Below are positions 32,343 to 44,556 of a stretch of DNA of 64,000 bases, in pieces. Both the position numbers and the translations under genes were made by a program. How positions within the stretch are numbered: the stretch's first letter is position 1; the number at the start of each line of letters is the position of its first letter. The notes under the pieces are model-generated. The model searched no databases. It was not told the origin of the DNA and saw nothing but the letters and a program-made list of their open reading frames with translations. This DNA comes from Escherichia coli. GTDB lineage: Bacteria; Pseudomonadota; Gammaproteobacteria; Enterobacterales; Enterobacteriaceae. Where the stretch lies: NCBI RefSeq assembly GCF_016026235.1, contig NZ_CP065613.1, one strand, 5' to 3'.

Positions 32343-34420
32343 TATTTGCCGCCAATTGTCGCCGTCATGCGGATATGTCGGTTATCAGACAGTTCCAGAT
32401 TCGACAGGACCACTAACTGCGGCAAGCTGCGGCGCAGGAAGCGAGACAATAATGGTCGCAGCGCGTGGTTCACCAACAATACTGGCGGCGCACCCAGCAT
32501 CTCCTGACGGGATAGCGCTTCCTGAGTTTGCGCCAGTAAACGATCCGCCAGCCCTGGCTCCAGTCCTCCCCCGCCCTGCAGCGCCTGTAGTAACAAACGT
32601 TCCAGCGGTGTATCGAGGCCAATAACATGGACTTCATCTTTGCCAGGAAACCACTGCTGGGTAATCGCCCGTCCCAACGCCACGCGCACGACGGCGGTTA
32701 ATTCATGTGGATCGCTTTGGATGGGCGCATGTTCCGCCAGCGTTTCGAGAATGGTGCGCATATCGCGAATCGGTACTTTTTCATCGAGGAGATTTTGCAG
32801 CACTTTATGCAGTGTGGTGAGCGTGACGACGCCAGGAACGAGATCTTCCGTCAGCTTTGGCATCTCCTGGGCGACGCGATCCAACAGCTGTTGCGCCTCC
32901 TGACGACCAAACAGCTCTGCGGCATGCTGGCTAATGAGGTGGTTAAGATGCGTTGCTACCACCGTGCTGGCCTCAACCACTGTGTACCCCTGAATCTGCG
33001 CCTGTTCTTTTAGCGCACTTTCAATCCAGATAGCATTCAGGCCAAATGCCGGATCGACGGTCGCCTCACCAGGTAACGTCCCGGCAGCGGTACCAGGGTT
33101 AATTGCCAGCCAGCGCCCCGGATAAGCATCACCACTGCCAATCTCTACGCCTTTCATCAAAATACGATAACGTGCCGGTTGCAGATCCATATTGTCGCGA
33201 ATGTGCACCACCGGCGGCAAGAAGCCCATTTCCTGAGCAAATTTCTTACGAATACTACGAATACGGCCCAGCAACTCGCCATCTTGTTGGAAATCAACCA
33301 TCGGGATCAGTCGATAACCCACTTCCATTCCCAGAGAATCTTCCAGTTGTACATCGTTCCACGTCGCTTCTACAACGGTATTATTCTCTGCCATTTTTAC
33401 CGGTTTGGGTTCGGCAGGCGCTTTTTGTTCGCGTCCGCGTATCCACCAGGCCAGCCCGAGCAATCCGGCAGTGAACAGCAAAAATACCAGGTTCGGCATT
33501 CCAGGCACCAGGCCGAGTAAACCGAGCACGGCGGCGCTTAACAACATAACGCTTGGGTTACTGAAAAGCTGATTCACCATCTGCTCGCCAACATCCTGAT
33601 CGGTGCTGACACGCGTAACGATGACCCCCGCGGCGGTAGAAATCACCAGCGCCGGAATTTGTGCCACCAGACCGTCGCCAATGGTCAATAGCGTATAACT
33701 TTCCGCCGCGTGTCCCATGCTCATGCCATGTTGCAGCACGCCGACCAGCAACCCGCCGACAACGTTAATGACCATGATGAGGATCCCGGCGATGGCATCG
33801 CCGCGAACAAACTTACTTGCCCCGTCCATTGAGCCGTAAAAATCGGCTTCCTGAGTGACTTCGGAGCGGCGTTTTTTCGCCTCATCTTCACCAATCAATC
33901 CGGCGTTAAGGTCGGCGTCAATCGCCATCTGCTTACCCGGCATACCATCGAGAACAAAGCGCGCACCCACTTCTGCGATACGCCCGGCACCTTTGGTAAT
34001 GACCATAAAGTTGATGATCACGAGAATGACAAACACCACGATACCGATAGCGAAATTGCCACCAACGAGGAAGTGACCGAACGCTTCGACCACCTTCCCT
34101 GCCGCCGCTGCGCCGGTATGCCCTTCCATCAAAATGATACGGGTTGAAGCCACGTTAAGTGCCAGACGCAACAGCGTGGTAAACAACAGAATGGTCGGAA
34201 ACGCAGCAAACTCGAGCGTGCGCTGGGTAAACATCGCCACCAGCAACACCATGATCGACAAGGCAATATTGAAGGTAAACAACAGGTCGAGTATGAATGC
34301 GGGCAGTGGCAGCACCATCATCGACAAGATCAACAGGATCAAAATCGGTCCGGCAAGGATCTGCCATTGTGTCGATTTCAGGTTTGCGGGCAGGCGCAGC
34401 ATCGCGGCCAGATTACTCAT
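32342..34420 (-). CDS. flhA: Flagellar export apparatus protein FlhA
   Basis: 692 aa from MSNLAAMLRLPANLKSTQWQILAGPILILLIL...; the 25 extra N-terminal codons in the ORF track come from read-through of the flhB 3' end. Confidence 0.93.
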   Translation of the reverse strand: MSNLAAMLRLPANLKSTQWQILAGPILILLILSMMVLPLPAFILDLLFTFNIALSIMVLLVAMFTQRTLEFAAFPTILLFTTLLRLALNVASTRIILMEGHTGAAAAGKVVEAFGHFLVGGNFAIGIVVFVILVIINFMVITKGAGRIAEVGARFVLDGMPGKQMAIDADLNAGLIGEDEAKKRRSEVTQEADFYGSMDGASKFVRGDAIAGILIMVINVVGGLLVGVLQHGMSMGHAAESYTLLTIGDGLVAQIPALVISTAAGVIVTRVSTDQDVGEQMVNQLFSNPSVMLLSAAVLGLLGLVPGMPNLVFLLFTAGLLGLAWWIRGREQKAPAEPKPVKMAENNTVVEATWNDVQLEDSLGMEVGYRLIPMVDFQQDGELLGRIRSIRKKFAQEMGFLPPVVHIRDNMDLQPARYRILMKGVEIGSGDAYPGRWLAINPGTAAGTLPGEATVDPAFGLNAIWIESALKEQAQIQGYTVVEASTVVATHLNHLISQHAAELFGRQEAQQLLDRVAQEMPKLTEDLVPGVVTLTTLHKVLQNLLDEKVPIRDMRTILETLAEHAPIQSDPHELTAVVRVALGRAITQQWFPGKDEVHVIGLDTPLERLLLQALQGGGGLEPGLADRLLAQTQEALSRQEMLGAPPVLLVNHALRPLLSRFLRRSLPQLVVLSNLELSDNRHIRMTATIGGK

Positions 34421-35561
34421 GGGTCGGTTTCTCGTTAATAAAATCCAGGGCTTCCGGCACCGGAAGATGAGTAGGTTGTACAGGGCGCTGTCCACCAGCC
34501 AGACGCCAGCGTTTCAGTTGCCAGACCTAGGCCAGCACTTCCGCCACCGCGGCGTACAGTTGACCCGGGATTTGTTGACCAATCTCCGCATGTCGATACA
34601 GCGCTCGCGCCAGCGGCGGCGCTTCAAGCGTCGGGACGTTATTTTCAGCGCCAATTTCACGAATGCGCAGCGCGACCAGCCCTGCACCTTTAGCGACCAC
34701 TTTCGGTGCGCTCATTTTGTTTTCGTCATACTGCAACGCTACCGAATAGTGGGTCGGGTTATTGACAATGACATCCGCTTTCGGCACATCGGCCATCATC
34801 CGACGCCGTGCAGCCGCTCGCTGCATCTGACGGATCCGCCCTTTAACATGGGGGTCGCCTTCGCTTTGTTTGAACTCATCACGAATATCCTGCCGCGACA
34901 TACGCAGCTTTTTCAGGTGGCTGAAGATTTGGAAAAAGACGTCAAATCCCACCATTGGAATGACACCAAGCACCACCAGCAGTGCGCATAGCCCTACCAG
35001 ATCCATCGCATTACCCATGGCGGTAATCGGAGACTCGGCCATTAAGCGCATCATCTGCGGCCAGTGATGCCAGAGAAAAAACCCCGTCACGCTGCCAACC
35101 AGGATGGTTTTCAAAATTGCTTTAAGTAACTCCGCGCCAGTCTGTGCCGAGAACATCCGTTTAATGCCCGGTAGCGGGTTGAGTTTGGAAAACTTCGGCT
35201 GCAAGGATTTGCCGCTAAATACCAGCCCTCCCAGCATGACCGGAGAAATGAGCGCCACCAGCACCACGCAGCTAATCAGCGGTAGCAGCGCCAGCATGGC
35301 TTCTCTGATCAGCAGAATAAACTGCCCGAGGATCAGATTCGGGTCATTGATAATACTGTGATCAAAATGCAGCCCAGCGGAGAGCATGCCCGACAATCGA
35401 CGGGCCAGGGACACACCGCCAAACCAGATAACACACACGCCCACCAGCAAAATCAGCAGTGAAGTCAGTTCACGGGAACGTGGGATTTGCCCCTCTTCCC
35501 GCGCTTTTTCTAGTCGGTGAGGTGTGGGGGCTTCTGTTTTGTCGTCGCTCTCGTCAGACAC
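34413..35561 (-). pseudogene. flhB: Flagellar export switch protein FlhB with premature amber codon (truncated about 38 codons before natural stop)
   Basis: ORF stops at TAG (34527-34529, inside CCTAGG) after ...LYAAVAEVLA; same frame continues VWQLKRWRLAGGQR...DFINEKPTHE to TAA at 34413-34415, which overlaps the flhA start as in intact operons. Confidence 0.8.
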
Positions 35562-35711
35562 GTCGCCAATCCTGGAAAGAGTATTAAGCGTAAATGATGC
35601 CAGAGCGCAAAGCGTTCAATGGTTTGAGTAAGGGGCAAAACCGGCGGGATTTAGGACGTTTATGCAAAAATAGGTTCAGTTGCAGAACGTTTTGCGAACC
35701 ATTTTCCAGTT

Positions 35712-35740
35712 CTGATATTTAGCCATTTAGCCTATAGAAT
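35712..35740 (+). promoter_or_regulatory. Candidate sigma70 promoter for the inserted dGTPase-NTase operon
   Basis: CTGATA (35712-35717), 17-nt spacer, TAGAAT (35735-35740); RBS AAAGGTGA before ATG at 35797. Confidence 0.35.
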
Positions 35741-35796
35741 CGCCCACCGCCTCTCTGTTAGTTTGCTAATAATTAAATTATTACAAAGGTGATCAA

Positions 35797-37305
35797 ATGG
35801 AATGGCAACAATTGCTTAACTGCAACCGTCGGAAAGATAATCTAAAAAAAACCAACATAGCATTTTTACATCCCCTTGCTAGCGGAAGACAAGAGATCGA
35901 ACGGGATTACGACCGATTACTTTTTGCTGCGCCAACTCGTCGCCTTGCGGATAAAACACAAGTTTTCCCGTTAGATCAAAATGACAGCATACGGACGAGA
36001 CTGACTCATTCTCACGAAGTAGCAAACTTTGCTCGCGGAATAGGAATGAGACTCGCTTTCGAGATGAAGGAGCACATCTTTGGCGAAATACCCACGGGGA
36101 TTGTCGTTGAACGCGACGTTCCTGCTCTGTTAGCAGCGATCGGACTGGCACACGATCTCGGTAATCCACCATTTGGGCATCAAGGTGAAGCAGCGATGCG
36201 CGCATGGTTTAATAAAAATCTTCCAGGTCTTCTTGATAAAGAAGTAAACAGCGAAATATATAACGACTTTCTGCAATTTGATGGAAACTCACAAACCCTG
36301 CGCCTGGTTACCAAATTACAAATTATTAACGATAACTTTGGTCTGAATTTGACCTATGCCACGCTGGCTGCACTGATCAAATATCCCCGAGCTTCATATT
36401 CATCGGACAAACATTGGAAAAAGCACGGTTTTTTCTATTCTGAGCATGAGGTTGTCATGGATGTCTGGCAGCAAACGGGCCTTGGCGTACCAGGTAATGA
36501 TGCCGGTTGCCGCCACCCATTTACCTGGATAATGGAAGCTTGCGACGATATTGCCTACTCTGTGCTTGACGCAGAAGATACCATCAAGAAAGGATTTGCC
36601 TCATACCAGGATTTGCGTGATTTTTTGATGTCACAATCCGGGGCGAACGATGTAATTGAAAATGTTATTAAAGCTGTAGAGGCCAAAAATGACGCCTGGA
36701 AAGAGCAAAGAAATGCACTTTCACCGGCAGAAATTAATGAACTCAGTATGCAAATGTTCAGAGTGTATGCCACCAGTGCATTGATTAATGCCGTAGTAGA
36801 AGCCTTTCGCGAACAATTACCCACGCTGATGCAGCGTGACTGCCCGTTCAAAGATTTAATCTCGCAAAGCAAAGGTCACGCCCTCTGCACTGCCCTGAAA
36901 ATGTTCGACCGAACACGAGGCTACCTTCATCGTTCAGTCTTGCAACTGGAACTTAGGGGGTCTAATTACATTACTAACTTGATGGATATGCTCTGGATTG
37001 GCATCCATGGACACAAAACAAAGAAAGAACGAGACGGAGAACGCGAGTCCGCGTCTGCAGATAACCTTTTTGTTTCTCGTGAAGAATACCTGTCGGATAC
37101 TCCCTTTGGTCGCTATGCTTACGGGACAATATCTGAAAATTATCGCCGTGTGTTTGAAGATCCCGCCAATACACTCCCTGTTCTTTATAAAGAAGCGCAG
37201 TTGCTTACCGACGCAATCTCAGGCATGACGGATAGTTATTTAATGCGCCTTCACGATGAGCTAAAATCACTGTATGAATGTGGTCTCAAACACCCAACAG
37301 CTTGA
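35797..37305 (+). CDS. Dgt-family deoxyguanosinetriphosphate triphosphohydrolase-like protein (HD domain), divergent paralog
   Basis: 502-aa ORF with Dgt signature blocks KTQVFPL, RTRLTHSHEV, AHDLGNPPFGHQGE, FDGNSQ, HPFTWIMEACDDIAYSVLDAEDTIKKG, LLTDAISGMTDSY; lies between flhB and cheZ on the opposite strand. Confidence 0.85.
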   Translation: MEWQQLLNCNRRKDNLKKTNIAFLHPLASGRQEIERDYDRLLFAAPTRRLADKTQVFPLDQNDSIRTRLTHSHEVANFARGIGMRLAFEMKEHIFGEIPTGIVVERDVPALLAAIGLAHDLGNPPFGHQGEAAMRAWFNKNLPGLLDKEVNSEIYNDFLQFDGNSQTLRLVTKLQIINDNFGLNLTYATLAALIKYPRASYSSDKHWKKHGFFYSEHEVVMDVWQQTGLGVPGNDAGCRHPFTWIMEACDDIAYSVLDAEDTIKKGFASYQDLRDFLMSQSGANDVIENVIKAVEAKNDAWKEQRNALSPAEINELSMQMFRVYATSALINAVVEAFREQLPTLMQRDCPFKDLISQSKGHALCTALKMFDRTRGYLHRSVLQLELRGSNYITNLMDMLWIGIHGHKTKKERDGERESASADNLFVSREEYLSDTPFGRYAYGTISENYRRVFEDPANTLPVLYKEAQLLTDAISGMTDSYLMRLHDELKSLYECGLKHPTA

Positions 37306-38026
37306 ACAGCGTATCGCCGATTTTTTTACGCTTAGTGATGAGCATAAGAAAGCCAGAGTATTACTTGATACTCTGGCCTGTTCCTGTCCGGCCTGGATTT
37401 TTGGCGGGATGGTGCGTGACTTAGGCTTGTTTGGCGTCGAAGGATTCTCTTCAGACCTTGATATCGTCATCGGTCGCTCGCGTGAGGAACTCTTCCAGAC
37501 ATTGGCTGAACTGCCCGTCAAACAACTGCGTTTTAATAAGTTTGGTGGGATCCGTTTTCGTTATCACGACTTCGAATTTGATATCTGGAACCTCAATGAG
37601 ACATGGGCATTTCGGGAAAAACTTATATTTTGTGAGGATGAATCAAGTCTGTTAAACACTACGCTAATGAGTTGGGATGCCGTGCTCTATGATCTACGTA
37701 GTGAAAAAATTATCAGTAAAGATAATTATTTGACCGATTTAAATCGCAGACATCTTGAACTTGTTCTTCATACTAACCCCAATCCAAGCGGTTCGGTAAC
37801 GAAGATTTTACGCACTATTTTTACTAAGCAGGTAAAGAGTTTAGGGCCGGAACTCTGTCATTTCTTGCACCATGAACTGACGAAAAAACGTTATGAAGTA
37901 TGGCATCACTACGATGTACTGCACTACCAATCATCGTCATTTTCTCGTTCACAATTTAATGCATTGATAAATTTACTGGCGCAACAATCACGCTTCGCTG
38001 ATCTAAAATTATCAAACTACAAATAA
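37274..38026 (+). CDS. Pol-beta superfamily nucleotidyltransferase (CCA-adding/poly(A) polymerase head-domain-like), 250 aa
   Basis: Motif WIFGGMVRDLGLFGVEGFSSDLDIVIG matches GGxVRD...DxD head-domain signature of CCA-adding enzymes; start overlaps 3' end of dGTPase gene by 32 nt. Confidence 0.7.
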   Translation: MNVVSNTQQLEQRIADFFTLSDEHKKARVLLDTLACSCPAWIFGGMVRDLGLFGVEGFSSDLDIVIGRSREELFQTLAELPVKQLRFNKFGGIRFRYHDFEFDIWNLNETWAFREKLIFCEDESSLLNTTLMSWDAVLYDLRSEKIISKDNYLTDLNRRHLELVLHTNPNPSGSVTKILRTIFTKQVKSLGPELCHFLHHELTKKRYEVWHHYDVLHYQSSSFSRSQFNALINLLAQQSRFADLKLSNYK

Positions 38027-38113
38027 CCATCCTCCACGTACTCCCTGAACGAAACCCGCCACCCTGCTATCGGCCTGGCATCATCGCGCAGGCCGAAGTT
38101 CAGGCAATACAAA

Positions 38114-38758
38114 TCAAAATCCAAGACTATCCAACAAATCGTCCACCTGATCCTGACTGGCTACCACACCGGCTTTGCTGGTATCGACCTGAGGTCCATT
38201 AAGCAAACTCTGGTTTTCACGTTTTGGACGCGACTCCTGTTCCGGGATGTTTTCCAACAGCACCATCAGCAACTGGCGTTCGATCTCCTGAATGACATCC
38301 ATCATCCGCTTAATGACCTGCCCGGTGAGATCCTGAAAATCCTGCGCCATCATGATTTCCAGCAGTTGCGCGTTAGTAAAGCTGGTATGCGCGGGTACAT
38401 CTGCCAGAAATTGTCGTGTATCTGTTACCAGTTCACGGGCGTCGGCAAGGTCAATCGGATCGGCAAACCAGTCATCCCAACGTTGGGTTAACGCTTTTGC
38501 TGATTTCTCCATTTGATCCTGATGCGGTTGTGACGCCTCAACACTGTTCAGCGCCCGCTCCGCAGCCTGGGCGGTCATCTGCACAACATAGTACAAACGA
38601 TCGCGCGCATCGGGGATGGCTTCCGCCGCTTCGGCAATGGCCTGATCCAGCCCCAGTTCCCGCAAACTGTCGCGCAGCATACGCGTCAGGCTGCCGATGC
38701 GCGCAATGATATCGCCAGCTGAATGCTCGTCAGCAGGTTTGATTGATGGTTGCATCAT
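38114..38758 (-). CDS. cheZ: Chemotaxis phosphatase CheZ
   Basis: 214 aa from [36 protein letters not shown]... Confidence 0.93.
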
Positions 38759-38768
38759 AGTCGCATCC

Positions 38769-40222
<1,454 letters not shown>

Positions 40223-40224
40223 CG

Positions 40225-41085
40225 TTAATCCTTACTTAGCGCATACACCGTCTGACCACGCAGCGTGAAGCGGCGCTCAAGGTGGCTAAAGTTTTCAGAG
40301 TGACCCGCAAACAGCAATCCGTCGGGTTTAAGGAGCGGAACAAAGCGGCGCAAAATCTCCTGCTGGGTATTTTGATCGAAGTAGATCATGACGTTACGAC
40401 AGAAGATCGCATCAAACGGCCCCGGCACGGTGTACTGTTTCGCCAGTAAATTCAGCGGGGCAAAATCAACATAGTTCGCCAGCTCCTGACGCACGCGTAC
40501 CAGCCCTTCATGCGGTCCCGTCCCTCGCATGAAATACCGTTGCAGTTGCTGCGGCGTCAGGTTTTTCAACTCTTCATGGCGATAAATACCGCTTCTGGCT
40601 TTTTCCAGCACTTCGGTGTCGATATCGCTGGCAAACACTTTCCAGCGTCCGGGCGCGGTGCCCAATGTGTCAGCCAGCGTCATCGCAATGCTGTATGGCT
40701 CTTCGCCGGTTGAAGCCGCCGCGCTCCATACGCGATACTCGCCAGAACGGCGACGTGCGTGATCCGCGAGCAGAGGGAAATGATGTGCCTCACGGAAAAA
40801 TGCCGTCAGATTCGTGGTCAGCGAATTGATAAACGCCTGCCACTCACCGCTGTGCTGATTAGATTCCAGCAAGTTCAGATAATGACCGAAATCCGTCAGT
40901 CCCAGCGAACGCAAACGACGAACCAGTCGGTTGTAAACCATGTCGCGTTTATGATCGGCCAGGACGATCCCGGCTCGTTGATAGATCAATTGACTTATCC
41001 GCCGAAAATGCGCGTCGGAAAGCGCCAGGCGCTCGGTCATCTGTAACAATAAAGACGTTTGCCCACAGGGCAGAGATGAAGTCAT
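40225..41085 (-). CDS. cheR: Chemotaxis methyltransferase CheR
   Basis: 286-aa ORF. Confidence 0.95.
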   Translation of the reverse strand: MTSSLPCGQTSLLLQMTERLALSDAHFRRISQLIYQRAGIVLADHKRDMVYNRLVRRLRSLGLTDFGHYLNLLESNQHSGEWQAFINSLTTNLTAFFREAHHFPLLADHARRRSGEYRVWSAAASTGEEPYSIAMTLADTLGTAPGRWKVFASDIDTEVLEKARSGIYRHEELKNLTPQQLQRYFMRGTGPHEGLVRVRQELANYVDFAPLNLLAKQYTVPGPFDAIFCRNVMIYFDQNTQQEILRRFVPLLKPDGLLFAGHSENFSHLERRFTLRGQTVYALSKD

Positions 41086-41103
41086 AGCGCCTTCTCAATC
41101 ACT

Positions 41104-42705
41104 TCAGGATACCACTGGCGCAATTTGTAACTGCGCCGACTCATGTCGTGCTACTTCATGTTCTTCAAGGGTAAATACCGCCACACGCGACGAAAGATGG
41201 TCGGCCTGATTCGCCAGTTGTTCCGTTGCCACCGCCGCTTCTTCTACCAGCGAGGCGTTCTGCTGAGTCACCTGATCCATCTGGCTGACAGCCTGTGCAA
41301 CCTGCTCAATCCCCCGCTGTTGTTCTTCCGACGCAGAGGCAATTTCTCCCATAATGTCGTTCACGCGGGTCACCGAACTGACAATATCGATCATGGTCGC
41401 GGCGGCGTTATTCACCAGTTTCGAACCCTGCTGGACACGATTGACTGACTCTTCGATCAGCCCTTTGATCTCTTTTGCTGCCTGCGCGCTACGGCTGGCA
41501 AGATTGCGCACTTCACCTGCCACTACCGCAAAACCACGCCCCTGCTCTCCGGCGCGAGCCGCTTCCACTGCCGCATTCAGGGCCAGAATATTGGTCTGGA
41601 AAGCAATTCCGTCGATAACGCTGATAATGTCGCCAATTTTTTGCGAGCTGGTGGCGATCTCCTGCATGGTGTGAGTCATGGTACTGACCTGAACACCGCC
41701 CGCCTGCGCCGTTGTCGCGGCATTTTTTGCCAGTTCCGACGCCTGTCGTGCGTTATCGGCGTTTTGCCCTACCGTGGCGGTTAATTGCTCCATACTGGCG
41801 GCCGTTTGTGCCAGCGATGCCGCCTGCTGTTCGGTACGACTTGAGAGATCGTTATTGCCTGCGACAATCTCCGCGATACCAATGTGCATCTCCTGGCTTC
41901 CCTTACGCACATCACTTACCGTCCCACGCAAAGCCTGCTGCATGGTCTTCAGACTGGCAAAAATGGCGGTGATCTCATTACGACCATATACCGCAATCGG
42001 ACGCGCCAGATTACCCGCAGCAATGCTGTCAAAATGGCTACCAATAATGGCCAGTGGTTGAACAATCATCTTGCGCGTCCACCACAGCGCACTGCTGATG
42101 TAGATTGCCGCAACAATAATCATGCTGATAAACACCAGCGCCGAAATCTGATAGTTACGCTGACTTTGCGCACTGGCGGCTTCCAGCACATGGTTGATCT
42201 CCAGCTGCCAGGCCTCAAAGTTAACGTCAAACGCATTCTGTGATCCCTGCACCGGCGCAGTGAGGAAATCCGAAAGTTGATTACTTTCAAGCCAGGTCGC
42301 CTGATGTTCGAGATCGTTGTGCCAGCGGGCAAAACTTTTCTCCGTCTCTTTTTGCAATGCCCTGACGTGCTCGTTGCCCGCAGTCATCGCCATAAAACTT
42401 TTAAACAGCGTGGTGGATTGCGTCAGACTGGCGCGCACCGTCGTCATCAACGTTTTAATGTCATCCGCCGGATAGCTAAGTGCCGTCAGAGTGCCCGCTT
42501 TGTTCAGCGCGGTACTGGCCTGTAACATTACCGCCCGAGTTTGCGCTAATGCCGCACGTTGCTGATTGCTCTGCTCGACCTGATTCAGTCGTTGCAAATC
42601 GTCGCGAAATGCCCAAAAAGACATGCCGTTACTGCCAATCTGCAAGATCCCGCAGAGAATCAAAATTAAAAACAGCGTGGTCGAAATTCGAATACGATTA
42701 AACAT
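41104..42705 (-). CDS. tap: Methyl-accepting chemotaxis protein IV (dipeptide/pyrimidine receptor) Tap
   Basis: 533 aa from MFNRIRISTTLFLILILCGILQ...; MCP signalling domain. Confidence 0.93.
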   Translation of the reverse strand: MFNRIRISTTLFLILILCGILQIGSNGMSFWAFRDDLQRLNQVEQSNQQRAALAQTRAVMLQASTALNKAGTLTALSYPADDIKTLMTTVRASLTQSTTLFKSFMAMTAGNEHVRALQKETEKSFARWHNDLEHQATWLESNQLSDFLTAPVQGSQNAFDVNFEAWQLEINHVLEAASAQSQRNYQISALVFISMIIVAAIYISSALWWTRKMIVQPLAIIGSHFDSIAAGNLARPIAVYGRNEITAIFASLKTMQQALRGTVSDVRKGSQEMHIGIAEIVAGNNDLSSRTEQQAASLAQTAASMEQLTATVGQNADNARQASELAKNAATTAQAGGVQVSTMTHTMQEIATSSQKIGDIISVIDGIAFQTNILALNAAVEAARAGEQGRGFAVVAGEVRNLASRSAQAAKEIKGLIEESVNRVQQGSKLVNNAAATMIDIVSSVTRVNDIMGEIASASEEQQRGIEQVAQAVSQMDQVTQQNASLVEEAAVATEQLANQADHLSSRVAVFTLEEHEVARHESAQLQIAPVVS

Positions 42706-42750
42706 CAACGCTCCCCATCAGGCGGCAATGACCGCGTTAGTAAATACTCG

Positions 42751-44412
42751 TCAAAATGTTTCCCAGTTTGGATCTTGTTCAGCAATTCGCAGTCGTGGCT
42801 GTGCCGGTGGTTGCTCACTGGCAGGACGGGATGGTGTTTGCGGTTTATTGGTGAGTGGGCTGGCTGCCAGACGGAACGCGGAAACCGCTTGCGTTAAACG
42901 ACTCGCCTGTTCTTCCAGCGCAGCGGCGGCGGCAGCTGATTCCTGCACCAGCGATGCGTTCTGTTGCGTGACGCGATCCATTTCCGAAACCGCCAATGCG
43001 ACTTGATCGATGCCACGGCTCTGTTCATCCGATGCCGATGCAATCTCGCCCATAATGTCAGTCACGCGAGTGACAGCATTGACGATATTGTTCATTGTTT
43101 CCCCGGCGCTTTCGACCAGCACCGAACCGGTATCAACGCGTGCGACGGAGTCTTCAATGAGGGCTTTGATCTCTTTTGCCGCTTGGGCGCTGCGACTGGC
43201 AAGATTACGCACTTCACCCGCCACCACGGCAAAACCACGGCCCTGTTCACCCGCACGCGCGGCTTCAACCGCGGCATTCAGCGCGAGGATATTAGTCTGG
43301 AAGGCAATACCGTCGATAACGCTGATAATGTCGGCAATTTTCTTCGAACTATCGGCGATCTCATGCATCGTTTTCACTACGCCATCCACCACTTTGCCGC
43401 CGTGCTGGGCGGTGTCGGAGGCACTTTGCGCCAGTTGCGAGGCCTGGCGGGCGTTATCGGCGTTTTGCTTCACTGTCGCGGTGAGCTGCTCCATGCTGGC
43501 GGCAGTTTCTTCCAGCGCGGATGCCTGCTGTTCAGTACGGGAGGAAAGATCGGTGTTGCCCGCCGCAATTTCACGGGTACCGGCATAGATGGCATCTGAA
43601 CCTTCGCGGACATGAGTGACGGTGTCAGTCAAAGAGCGTTGCATATGTGAAACGCTCTGCGCCAGGTCGCCCATTTCACTGCGCCCGTCAATGGTCAGGG
43701 TATTCGCCAGGTTACCACCGGCGATTTCGCGAATGTGAGCAATAATTTTTGCCAGCGGAGTAAGCAACATACGGCGAATGCCGTACCACGCCACCAGCAG
43801 AATCAATACCACCACCAGCGCGATAACCGCCAGTTGCCACTGGGCAAATCGGTAATCATCTGCGTTGTCAGTGACGATATCGCGATACAGTTTTTCACTG
43901 CTGAGGGCGTACTGAGCAAACGCTTCGCCCATTGCATTTTGCATTCCCTGGGTTGGCTGAGCGAAATAAGCTCCAGTATTGCCATAATCTAGATAATCAA
44001 TCAGTTCAGTTAACGCTGTGTAATAGTTTTTATATTTTTCATCAATATTACGACTGGTAGCGACCATTTCAGGTAACGGTGCCATGCTTTTGAATTTTTT
44101 ATAATGCGTCGCTGCCTGCGCCAATGTTTTCCTGGCGCTATCGAGCAATTCAACTTTGGCGTTACTTTGTTGATTGGAGGAATCCATCATCATCCGCACC
44201 GCTGAACGACTCAGGTTAATGCGCGTTTGCAGCATTAAATCCCAGGTTGACGTCAGCTCGCCCTGCTGTTCCCGTAATTGATTGGAAACCACAAAGCTCT
44301 TCTGGCTATGGTGAAGGGAAGAAAAAAACAGACTGCCGGAAATAAGCTGTAACAGTGCGAATACCCCCAGCACCATTACCAACAGCGTGACTACGCGGAT
44401 ACGGTTAATCAT
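42751..44412 (-). CDS. tar: Methyl-accepting chemotaxis protein II (aspartate receptor) Tar
   Basis: 553 aa from [22 protein letters not shown]...; C-terminal NWETF pentapeptide. Confidence 0.93.
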   Translation of the reverse strand: MINRIRVVTLLVMVLGVFALLQLISGSLFFSSLHHSQKSFVVSNQLREQQGELTSTWDLMLQTRINLSRSAVRMMMDSSNQQSNAKVELLDSARKTLAQAATHYKKFKSMAPLPEMVATSRNIDEKYKNYYTALTELIDYLDYGNTGAYFAQPTQGMQNAMGEAFAQYALSSEKLYRDIVTDNADDYRFAQWQLAVIALVVVLILLVAWYGIRRMLLTPLAKIIAHIREIAGGNLANTLTIDGRSEMGDLAQSVSHMQRSLTDTVTHVREGSDAIYAGTREIAAGNTDLSSRTEQQASALEETAASMEQLTATVKQNADNARQASQLAQSASDTAQHGGKVVDGVVKTMHEIADSSKKIADIISVIDGIAFQTNILALNAAVEAARAGEQGRGFAVVAGEVRNLASRSAQAAKEIKALIEDSVARVDTGSVLVESAGETMNNIVNAVTRVTDIMGEIASASDEQSRGIDQVALAVSEMDRVTQQNASLVQESAAAAAALEEQASRLTQAVSAFRLAASPLTNKPQTPSRPASEQPPAQPRLRIAEQDPNWETF

Positions 44413-44556
44413 AAGGCACCTTCCTGAAAACAAGTTGATCTCGTTATCGGCAAGAAGGGGGGAAACTTTATTGCTGATGCCACCCGCCGCGAAATTGAAA
44501 TAAAAAACCCGATGCGCAGATCATCGGGTTCATTTCAATTGAGGAAATCGGGAGAA

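Noticed and set aside
32342-34495. 717-aa flhA ORF with 25-residue N-terminal extension
   Set aside because: The extension is read-through of the flhB 3' region in another frame; the conserved FlhA start MSNLAAMLRL at 34420 overlaps the flhB stop as expected.
38027-38113. Inverted repeat TCGGCCTG-N11-CAGGCCGA between the NTase gene and cheZ as an island boundary repeat or terminator
   Set aside because: No flanking T-run on either strand and no matching direct repeat at the other island edge; cannot be called a terminator or att site from sequence alone.
42964-43599. Multiple 100-200-aa ORFs on the plus strand inside tar and tap
   Set aside because: All are antisense or out-of-frame overlaps of the GC-rich MCP signalling-domain sequence; tar and tap frames are full length and conserved.
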